Part shown: positions 7,810-15,773 of the stretch, piece by piece
How positions within the stretch are numbered: the first letter of the stretch is position 1
Layout: each line of letters starts with the position of its first letter
Virus record (IMG/VR): IMGVR_UViG_3300037478_000472
Location: 1-38,028 of that record
Source of the DNA: a virus
Lineage: Duplodnaviria > Caudoviricetes
Reading direction: 5' to 3' (one strand)
Length of the DNA stretch: 38,028 bases
Made by a program: the position numbers and the translations under genes
Notes under the pieces: model-generated
Database searches by the model: none
The model's input: the letters and a program-made list of their open reading frames with translations, nothing else
What the model was told of the DNA's origin: nothing

Positions 7810-7837
7810 AATATAAGCACACGATTTCAGGGGTCAA
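7810..7837 (-). promoter_or_regulatory. Sigma70-like promoter
   Basis: TTGACC-N16-TATATT in a locally AT-rich intergenic gap. Confidence 0.7.
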
Positions 7838-7857
7838 GAGGGGTCTCTCATTTTCCC

Positions 7858-7875
7858 GTCACCAGCCGCACCACC
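7858..7875. repeat. 18-bp duplicate of the integrase 3' end
   Basis: gtcaccagccgcaccacc also occurs at 8012-8029. Confidence 0.9.
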
Positions 7876-7877
7876 AA

Positions 7878-7990
7878 GCCCCGGTCACAGGAATCGAACC
7901 TGTGCGTCGTCGGCGTCGATCCGCCACCAGGTGCGCGCTGAGGGAATCGAACCCTCGCGACGTACGCCGAACAGCCGACTGCACCAGCCC
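7878..7990 (-). ncRNA. Two tandem tRNA-like T-arm elements (not complete tRNAs)
   Basis: GAGGG-TTCGATT-CCCTC and ACAGG-TTCGATT-CCTGT hairpins. Confidence 0.5.
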
Positions 7991-7998
7991 GGGTCATT

Positions 7999-9138
7999 CT
8001 ACTTTGCTCCAGTCACCAGCCGCACCACCGCGGCGCTCGCCTCTCGTAGCTCATGCTCCGACACGCGCGAGTAATGCTTCGCGCCGACCTCCGCCGACGC
8101 GTGCCCGATCAACGTCTGCCGCACGAGCTCGCCGACGCGCAGCTGACGCAGCAGATTATTGTGCGACTTCCGAAAGCCCTTCGCCGTCGGAAAGCGCCCG
8201 TCGATCTTCAGTGCCTGCAGCGCCTTGCGCACGGGCTTATTGAGCGCCGAGTTGTGGTGCAGCGTGCAGCCACGCCCGACGAAGACGTACGGCGATTCGG
8301 CGTAGCGCTGCTGCTTCATCCGCGCGGTGCGGTGCTCACGCAGTATCGCCGCGAGCTCGGGTGCAAGCGGCACATCGCGCAAGCCGCACTTGCTCTTCGG
8401 GTGATCGACGCAGCCGCGCACCTGCGCACGCCGCACGCGGATCCAACCGCCCTCTTCGTCGAGATCGGACCACCGCAGCGCCGTTGCCTCGCCGAAGCGC
8501 AGTCCGGTAAGCGCGAGCGTGGCGACGAGCGGGTGCCACTGCCGCCACTGTTCGGAGAGCCGCAGCCACTCGAGCACGGCGCCGACCTCGACGGCGTCCA
8601 GGTAGCGCACGTCTTGCTCGCTGAGCGGTTCGCGCACGCTCGGCACGAGCAGCGTCCTCGGGTCAGCGCCAACGTCTTTCAAGATCTCTTTCAAGAGGCG
8701 CAACCTACTGTTGATTGTCGTCGGCGTGACGGGCCCTTCCTTGCGCGACTTCGACGATCGCGTCTGCGAGTCACGCCACGCCGCGACGTCATCGGCGGTG
8801 ATCGCGTGCACGTAGTAGCTACCGATCACGCTGTTTCGCACGTGTGCGTCGATGCACGACGCGTTCTGCTTCCGTGTCGATGGCTTCCAGCTCGGTTGCT
8901 TCATAGCGAACCAGGAGGTCGCGGCAGCTGCCAGCGTCCGGCGCGGCGCTAGCGGCCTTGCGCTGAGGCACTCTGCGCGCAGCTCTTCGCGCTGGCGCGC
9001 GGCGTCCTTCGCGCTCTTCGCGTCGATCGTTGCCTCCTTCTTCTTCGCCTTGCCGTCCTTCTCCGACGTCCAGTGCACCACGATCAGATAGCGGCCCTTC
9101 GCTAGCGACCACACTCCCGGATAGCTCGTCTTCTTCAT
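7999..9138 (-). CDS. int: Tyrosine integrase
   Basis: TGLRFGE, PKSK, KGFR (at the HxxR position), IGH, KHY; N-terminal arm-binding-like region from MKKTSYPGV. Confidence 0.95.
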   Translation of the reverse strand: MKKTSYPGVWSLAKGRYLIVVHWTSEKDGKAKKKEATIDAKSAKDAARQREELRAECLSARPLAPRRTLAAAATSWFAMKQPSWKPSTRKQNASCIDAHVRNSVIGSYYVHAITADDVAAWRDSQTRSSKSRKEGPVTPTTINSRLRLLKEILKDVGADPRTLLVPSVREPLSEQDVRYLDAVEVGAVLEWLRLSEQWRQWHPLVATLALTGLRFGEATALRWSDLDEEGGWIRVRRAQVRGCVDHPKSKCGLRDVPLAPELAAILREHRTARMKQQRYAESPYVFVGRGCTLHHNSALNKPVRKALQALKIDGRFPTAKGFRKSHNNLLRQLRVGELVRQTLIGHASAEVGAKHYSRVSEHELREASAAVVRLVTGAK

Positions 9139-9305
9139 GCAGCCCTCGTCGTAGGAATGCGTCCAGCGTCTCACGGCGCCAGCGGTGAGCGCCACCCGGC
9201 GTTGCGCCGTCGGGCCGCAGCTCGCCGCGCGCGATTGCTTTTGCGATGCCGCCTTTCGTTTCGTAGCCACAGTACGTCGCCGCCTCGGCGGTCGTCAGCC
9301 AGCGG

Positions 9306-9313
<8 letters not shown>
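8819..9313 (-). CDS. xis: Excisionase-like HTH protein; frame runs into int
   Basis: WLTTAEAATYCG...IARGEL...HRWRRETLDAFL, immediately upstream of int. Confidence 0.75.
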
Positions 9314-10239
<926 letters not shown>

Positions 10240-10264
<25 letters not shown>

Positions 10265-10545
10265 GCTTCAACTGCTGCCGGCGTGCACGTGAGTACGCTC
10301 GTGATGTCGAAGATCGTCATCTCTTCTGCTGGCGGACCCACGCGACAGCCCATCGACGGGCCGCGTTCGGCGAGTCCAACAAAACCGAGGACGTCTGCGC
10401 TCCAGTAGATGCAATTGCGTGCGCGCTTCAGCAGCACTTTCTCTTTCGCCGGCTCGCCGACGAGATAACCAAAGAACACGCCTCGGTGCTCTGTCGTCAC
10501 GAGCACCGGTCGCTCGCCATTCGTTGCTTTCGTCCTTGCCATCAT
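10240..10545 (-). CDS. Conserved small phage protein (DUF6948-like)
   Basis: VLVTTEHRGVFFGY...ARNCIYW...LAERGP; family name recalled from memory. Confidence 0.65.
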
Positions 10546-11219
10546 TCCTCCGTTCCAATCACTCTCGCCAAGTCAGCGAGCAGATTCTCTCGCGCCTTGC
10601 GGTCGACGATCTCAGCCGCCGCGCGTTCCACCATGGTGCGTAGCGCGTCCTGCAGCGCCACCAGTTCGCGCGCGCTCCGCAGCACTTCGGCGACCAGCTG
10701 CGCGCGCGCTTCGCAACTGGCGACATGGTCCAATATCAACGACTCGTGATCGTCTTGTAGCGCTCGCAGTGCGCCACGTGCGTCGTCGCGCTCGGCGACA
10801 ATCGGCCGAAGTCGTTCGGCCTCGGCTATCAGGGCGCGACGAGCCGCCTGGACGTTTGCGAGCTCGGCTCGTGCCTCGTCGCGCTCATGGCGGTAGTCGT
10901 CGCGTTGCCGCAGGTACAGCGCGCGCTCGCGCTCGGAGAGCTGCAGCGCTTCGCGGAGCTTGTCGCACTCGCGCCCAAGCTGGGCTGCGTGATAGTGGTC
11001 CTCGTCGTCCGACTCCGAACCACAGAGGTTAGGTGCCGCAGTCTCTCCCGACGCTGCGGCGCCGTCGTGCTGACCGTCCACCGTGGGTGCGCCCGACACG
11101 GCAGCCGGGGGAGTCTCTTGCTCGCGCGCGATCTCCAGCTCCTCGACGCGCTTCTCGAGCCCGAGCAGGCGACGAGAGATGCCGTCGAAGACTTCGTAGC
11201 GGACGTAGTGGAGGGTCAT
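10542..11219 (-). CDS. Coiled-coil hypothetical protein
   Basis: ERDEAR/ERDDAR repeats; coupled at both ends. Confidence 0.65.
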   Translation of the reverse strand: MTLHYVRYEVFDGISRRLLGLEKRVEELEIAREQETPPAAVSGAPTVDGQHDGAAASGETAAPNLCGSESDDEDHYHAAQLGRECDKLREALQLSERERALYLRQRDDYRHERDEARAELANVQAARRALIAEAERLRPIVAERDDARGALRALQDDHESLILDHVASCEARAQLVAEVLRSARELVALQDALRTMVERAAAEIVDRKARENLLADLARVIGTEE

Positions 11220-11293
11220 AGGGCCCGTTCCTTCCGCTGGAGGGCCAGGCCAGCGCGGACCCGCGCAGTCTCCTGAGCGAGTAGGAATGTCAT
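11216..11293 (-). CDS. 25-aa micro-ORF
   Basis: MTFLLAQETARVRAGLALQRKERAL; ATGA-coupled at both ends. Confidence 0.45.
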   Translation of the reverse strand: MTFLLAQETARVRAGLALQRKERAL

Positions 11294-11694
11294 GACCGCA
11301 TCCACTCCTTGAGCACGTCGGCGCTCACACCATGCCGCTCGGCGCACTTCAGCAAACGACGCCAGATGAACTGCCGATCGGAGCCTCTAAGGTCGTGATC
11401 GAACGTCGGGCCGTGATCAGCGCACCAGTCCTCGAGGGCTTCAATCGTGCCCGTCGCGCACAGCCGCTCGACGCTGGGTGTCAGAAGCTCGCGATGCTGC
11501 TTGCTGATCTCCGCCCACATGAACGCTTGTCTTGACTGCACGAGCACCGTGTCGTCCGAGCGGTACGCACTCGCCGCATGCCCTGACGGCTCGAGCGTAT
11601 CGAGGTACGCGAGCACCACCTCGAGCGCCGCTCGCTCCTCGCCCTCGAGGCGAGTGGCCAGCTTGCGCACCGTGTCGAGCGCGGCGGCGATCAT
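11290..11694 (-). CDS. Hypothetical protein
   Basis: ATGA-coupled start MIAAALD. Confidence 0.6.
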   Translation of the reverse strand: MIAAALDTVRKLATRLEGEERAALEVVLAYLDTLEPSGHAASAYRSDDTVLVQSRQAFMWAEISKQHRELLTPSVERLCATGTIEALEDWCADHGPTFDHDLRGSDRQFIWRRLLKCAERHGVSADVLKEWMRS

Positions 11695-11909
11695 TCCTTT
11701 CGCTCCCGCGCGCACTCGATCTGCGCCCAAATCTTGGTAACGGCCGCATCGAAGTTCTCGCGCGTCCACCGCGCACAGATTGCTTCTGAGATCGCGTAGC
11801 CGAGTGTAACGGCTACACGATCGTGCGGTGACCGGATCTGCATCATCGCGCGTACCGCGATGTCGGCGCAGATCCTGATCCGCTGCGCTTCGTCGTCTGT
11901 CGGTATCAT
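11691..11909 (-). CDS. Hypothetical protein
   Basis: Coupled at both ends. Confidence 0.6.
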   Translation of the reverse strand: MIPTDDEAQRIRICADIAVRAMMQIRSPHDRVAVTLGYAISEAICARWTRENFDAAVTKIWAQIECARERKE

Positions 11910-12097
11910 CGTTCCGGCTCCAGTGTGGCCATGGCGTGAACGAAGCTCATCATGTCCTCGGTGTCCATTGCGACCGTGTCGGCGCGGCAGTCATGGTCGG
12001 TGCCGAGAAGAGCGCCGCACGGACACCGTTCGCAATCGCACTCTCCGCGCATGGGGTCCGCGAACAGCGCACAGTCGATCTGGTGTTCTTCGATCAT
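11906..12097 (-). CDS. Small Cys/His-rich protein
   Basis: CDCERCPCG...HDC. Confidence 0.55.
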   Translation of the reverse strand: MIEEHQIDCALFADPMRGECDCERCPCGALLGTDHDCRADTVAMDTEDMMSFVHAMATLEPER

Positions 12098-12285
12098 GGT
12101 TCCCACCCTCTCGCCACCGCCTCACACGCGGTCCAGCAGTCAGCACACACGTAACAAAGCGACTGCTCGCGCCAGCGCACCGCGGGCACGCCGCAGCCGC
12201 ACTGCGGGTCGTCCTCGCCGTCGTCCGCGTGCGGATCGACGTCAAGCCAGCGCTCGTTGTCGTCGTCGAGTGCGTAGAGGCTCAC
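12094..12285 (-). CDS. Small Zn-finger-like protein
   Basis: CGCG...CYVCADCWTAC; GTGA-coupled. Confidence 0.55.
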   Translation of the reverse strand: MSLYALDDDNERWLDVDPHADDGEDDPQCGCGVPAVRWREQSLCYVCADCWTACEAVARGWEP

Positions 12286-12647
12286 GCCGCCGCCTTCATG
12301 ATGGCGCACACGTCGTCAGCCAGATCGGACGCACGCGCCGGCAACGGCAAATAGCCGTACGCCGACGTAGTAGCGTCGAGGATCCTGTTCAGGACACCGA
12401 GCCAGCAGTCGTCGGCCGTCATCGGATCGGCGGCGAGCTCGAGGCACGCGGTCACGATGTTGCGCGCGCGCTCCTCGCACGCGTCCCACGTGTGCACGCG
12501 CGTCACCATCGAGATCGGCTCGCTGTGCGCGCGCAGGAAGGCGCGGCAGAGCAGCGCCGCGATCTCGTAGCTCATCGCCTCCAGCTCCTCGTTCGAGCGC
12601 TCCCCGCCTCCGCTCTCGACCACCACGACCGCCATCGCAACTCGCAT
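12282..12647 (-). CDS. First gene of the leftward early operon, hypothetical
   Basis: AGGAGG RBS downstream of the PL-like promoter. Confidence 0.7.
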   Translation of the reverse strand: MRVAMAVVVVESGGGERSNEELEAMSYEIAALLCRAFLRAHSEPISMVTRVHTWDACEERARNIVTACLELAADPMTADDCWLGVLNRILDATTSAYGYLPLPARASDLADDVCAIMKAAA

Positions 12648-12670
12648 CGTCGCTACCTCCTACCTCCAAC

Positions 12671-12699
12671 CTTATAGTGTTGACGCTATAGCGTGTCAA
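12671..12699 (-). promoter_or_regulatory. PL-like promoter with a palindromic operator candidate
   Basis: TTGACA-N17-TATAAG; perfect palindrome ACGCTATAGCGT at 12683-12694. Confidence 0.8.
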
Positions 12700-12727
12700 A
12701 TGATTTTTGAATGGCTATCGTCGATTG

Positions 12728-13126
12728 ATGCGCAAATGGACTCCGTGGGCGGTGCTGGTGACGGTGGGATGTGGCGGACCGGTTGAGCCGGACGGGGGGC
12801 TACTCGACGCGGCAGCGGCCGCGGACGGGAGCTCGAGCTGCACGGCGGCAGTTGCCGCGCCCGTGCCCGGCGAGACGCACTTCTGTCCGTCGGTGCACGA
12901 CGCGGTCGAGCACTACTTGCGCGGCGAGCTCGACGCCGCGGTGCTGGACGCGGGCCCGCGCTCCTGCGAGGACGCCGGCGGCCCATGTACCCCGTTCACC
13001 GCCGAGTGGTCGTTGATCCTCGGCTGCCCCGAATGGGCCGTTTGTACCATTGGCCTACACGATCAGGACGGTGGCGCCGGCTGCTACCATTGCGCGACGT
13101 GGGGCTCGAGCCCTTGGGCGCTATGA
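12728..13126 (+). CDS. Cys-rich lipoprotein (moron / superinfection-exclusion candidate)
   Basis: MRKWTPWAVLVTVG-C15 signal/lipobox-like sequence; DGG/DAG linkers; several Cys; convergent with the repressor. Confidence 0.65.
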   Translation: MRKWTPWAVLVTVGCGGPVEPDGGLLDAAAAADGSSSCTAAVAAPVPGETHFCPSVHDAVEHYLRGELDAAVLDAGPRSCEDAGGPCTPFTAEWSLILGCPEWAVCTIGLHDQDGGAGCYHCATWGSSPWAL

Positions 13127-13549
13127 TTCCGCGGTTTTCTTAGTCATGCGAAGCGCGAGCAGCAGTGCGGTATACCGCTCCACGCTCGGCGGCTCGCCAT
13201 CGGTATAGCGTCCTGAACCGAGGATAACGCGCTCGTCGCGGCTCATCCCCCGGCCCATCTCGGTATCGAGAAAGCTTCCCCATTCTGCGTATTGTTCTTC
13301 CGTCACGGGCATATCCTCTCCGAGGATATAGGACGGAGAAACGCCTAGCACGACTGACAGGTGACGGAGAGTTTCGCCCTTCGGCGTGACCTCGTCTTCC
13401 TCCCAAGCGAGGATCGTCGTGTAGGCCATCCCGATGGCCCGCTGAAACTGCGAGCGGTTCCAGCCCTTGGCGTGGTACGCGGCGCGGATCCGCTCCCCAG
13501 GGGTCCTGGCCGAGCGCGGCGTTGGCTCGCGCTTGGGTCTTTTTGCCAT
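13121..13549 (-). CDS. CI-like XRE HTH repressor
   Basis: GERIR...GWNRSQFQRAIGMAYTTILAWE...LGVSPSYILG; divergent from cro. Confidence 0.9.
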   Translation of the reverse strand: MAKRPKREPTPRSARTPGERIRAAYHAKGWNRSQFQRAIGMAYTTILAWEEDEVTPKGETLRHLSVVLGVSPSYILGEDMPVTEEQYAEWGSFLDTEMGRGMSRDERVILGSGRYTDGEPPSVERYTALLLALRMTKKTAES

Positions 13550-13618
13550 GCAGAGCAGCGTACGCACCTCTGTAGCCCTTGTAATCTAGCGTAGGCACCA
13601 CAGGATAAGCATCGGGCC

Positions 13619-13648
13619 TTGACAGCGCTATATTGTGCAGGCTATAAG
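13619..13648 (+). promoter_or_regulatory. PR-like promoter with an operator-like sequence
   Basis: TTGACA-N18-TATAAG; the spacer starts GCGCTATA, as in the PL palindrome. Confidence 0.75.
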
Positions 13649-13654
13649 TGAGGC

Positions 13655-13879
13655 GTGAAGCTGCGGGACTGGTGCCAGCGCAACGGGCTCACGCTTTCGG
13701 ACGTGATGCGGCGCTCCGGCGTGGCGTACACGACCGTGCTCCGCGCGACTGAGGGGCGGCTCGGGCGCTACGACGTTGCGCAGAAGATCAGCGACGTCAC
13801 GGGCGGTGAGGTGTCGATTGCTGAGCTTTGCGGCGACACGGACGAAGAGGACCCGGCGGGAGATCAGGCGGCCGAATGA
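13655..13879 (+). CDS. Cro-like HTH protein
   Basis: MKLRDW...SGVAYTTVLRA...AQKISDVTGGEVSIAEL. Confidence 0.85.
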   Translation: MKLRDWCQRNGLTLSDVMRRSGVAYTTVLRATEGRLGRYDVAQKISDVTGGEVSIAELCGDTDEEDPAGDQAAE

Positions 13880-14058
13880 AGCGCGCGGTGGAACTGTCAG
13901 CCGTGTGGGCCGCTATGGCGGTTGTCGCGCTTGAGCGTGGGCAGATCGTCGATGCGCTGAGATTCGCGCTGCTCGCGTGGACGACACGCGCGACGGTCTA
14001 CGTCGATCATGACGAGCGTGTAGAGGAACAACCCAGCTTCGGGAGGTACGACGCATGA
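13876..14058 (+). CDS. Hypothetical protein
   Basis: ATGA-coupled at both ends. Confidence 0.55.
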   Translation: MKRAVELSAVWAAMAVVALERGQIVDALRFALLAWTTRATVYVDHDERVEEQPSFGRYDA

Positions 14059-14237
14059 CTCTGCAAGAAGGCGACACGGTGATCGGTCCGCGCTTCGGCA
14101 CGCGTTACAAAGTACTGCGGCGAGAAGCCACCGACGGCCACGACGACGTGCGCATCAGAGAGCGTGGCCGACCGGTCGAACGGTGGACCGTGCAAGGTCT
14201 TGAGCTACTCGGGTACCGCAAGGAAACGAGCGCGTGA
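14055..14237 (+). CDS. Hypothetical protein
   Basis: GGAGG RBS; coupled. Confidence 0.6.
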   Translation: MTLQEGDTVIGPRFGTRYKVLRREATDGHDDVRIRERGRPVERWTVQGLELLGYRKETSA

Positions 14238-14746
14238 GCAACCTTGCGCCGCTCATGTCTTCCGCGCGCACCGGTGTCGGTCGCGACGACTGGTGCACCC
14301 CCGAGTGCGTGCTCGAGCGCGTACGGAAGGTCGGCCGCATCGAGCTGGACCCGTGCGACAATGCGCAGTCCATTGTCGGCGCCGCATCGAGCTGGATGGG
14401 GTCGGGGCTCGAATGGACATGGCGCGGTCTCGCGTTCTGCAATCCGCCCTACTCTACGCTCCGCAGGTGGCTTGCGAAGTGCGCGGAGGAAGCGCGTGGT
14501 GGCGTAGAGATCATCGCCCTCGTGCCCGCACGCACCGACACGCGTGCCTGGCACGAATCAGCGACGACCGCGCGCGCGGTGTGCTTCTGGCGCGGTCGCA
14601 TCACATTCGTCGGTGCGCCACATCCAGCGCCGTTCCCGAGCGCGGTGTTGTACTGGGGGCCATCCGGCAAGCTCGGCGTCTTCACGTCGGCATTCGACGG
14701 CGCGGGCGCCATCTACACGCGACCGCTGTCGAGGCAGGACGTATGA
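14234..14746 (+). CDS. Phage DNA N6-adenine methyltransferase (Dam-type)
   Basis: DDWCTP, LDPC, FCNPPYS, ALVPARTDT, RGRITF and APFPS motifs. Confidence 0.92.
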   Translation: MSNLAPLMSSARTGVGRDDWCTPECVLERVRKVGRIELDPCDNAQSIVGAASSWMGSGLEWTWRGLAFCNPPYSTLRRWLAKCAEEARGGVEIIALVPARTDTRAWHESATTARAVCFWRGRITFVGAPHPAPFPSAVLYWGPSGKLGVFTSAFDGAGAIYTRPLSRQDV

Positions 14747-15138
14747 GCGCCCTCTCACGCGAGAAGGGCGCCCGGTGGCAAGCCGAGCTCGCCAGGCGAT
14801 GGAGAGAGTCGGGCGTCTTTCCAGACGCGCACTCGACGCAAGGCGATCAGAAGGAACTGCGCGCCAAGGTCCGGCGCTACCCGCCCGACGTGGAGGGCAC
14901 ACCGTTTTGGGTAGAGGCGAAGCACACGCGTGCAGCCAATCCGGTGGGGGCTCTGCGCCAGGCAGAGCGCGAGCGGCGTGCAGCCGAAGACCCGCGGCCT
15001 TGCATCGCGGTCGTCAAGCCGAATGGCGACAAGCTGGTGGGCCCGATCGTAGTGATGCGCCTCGAGACATTTGAAGCGCTGCTCCGAACGCTGCGCTTTC
15101 AATCACCAGAACCGGCGTTCGACCAAACAGATTTCTGA
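14743..15138 (+). CDS. PD-(D/E)xK Holliday-junction-resolvase-like nuclease
   Basis: SREKGARW...PPDV...WVEAK. Confidence 0.8.
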   Translation: MSALSREKGARWQAELARRWRESGVFPDAHSTQGDQKELRAKVRRYPPDVEGTPFWVEAKHTRAANPVGALRQAERERRAAEDPRPCIAVVKPNGDKLVGPIVVMRLETFEALLRTLRFQSPEPAFDQTDF

Positions 15139-15172
15139 GCCTCTATAGTAGGCGAAAAAGGAGAGTACAGTC

Positions 15173-15736
15173 ATGGGAAGCTGGGCAGAAGAACAGGCAA
15201 GGGCGAAGGAACACGCGGACACGGTGGCAGCCGGGGGGAACTTCGTCCGCATGAAGGACGACGGCGACAAGGTGCGCGTGGTGATCGTGGGCGAGCCGGA
15301 GGTGAGAAAGGTCTTTTGGGACGGGCAAACGTACCAGCGGTGGACGCCGGAGAGCAGTGCAAAGCCAAGCCTCCGGTGGCTGCTGAACGCGTACAACATC
15401 GACGAGCGGAAGATGCAGATCATCGAATGCAACCCGCAGCTGTTCCAGGCATTCGTTGCGGTCCGGGAGAAGTTCCCGTTTGCCGATTGGATCCTCGAGG
15501 TCAAGCGTCACGGCAAGGCACGCGACCCGAAGACTACTTACTCGGTGCTGCCCGATAAGCAGCTGAACGAGCAGGGCAAGGCAGCGATCGCCAAGGTCGA
15601 TACGCACGACCTGACGCAGTTCTCCGGCGGCGTCACCCGCATCGCGAGCAGCGGCAACGGCTCGAGCGCCGAGGAACACGCGGCACGCGCGAAGGCGCAG
15701 GCTGCGGAGTTCTCGGACGACGACTTGGGTTTCTAA
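15173..15736 (+). CDS. Single-stranded DNA-binding-like protein
   Basis: Acidic/aromatic tail DDDLGF; TTYSVLP; precedes the primase-helicase. Confidence 0.7.
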   Translation: MGSWAEEQARAKEHADTVAAGGNFVRMKDDGDKVRVVIVGEPEVRKVFWDGQTYQRWTPESSAKPSLRWLLNAYNIDERKMQIIECNPQLFQAFVAVREKFPFADWILEVKRHGKARDPKTTYSVLPDKQLNEQGKAAIAKVDTHDLTQFSGGVTRIASSGNGSSAEEHAARAKAQAAEFSDDDLGF

Positions 15737-15773
15737 TCGTGAACGGAAGACAACATAGTTCGGAGCGAATGCT

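Noticed and set aside
15119-15155. Promoter upstream of the SSB-like gene (TATAGT in a small hairpin)
   Set aside because: No -35 element at a plausible spacing.
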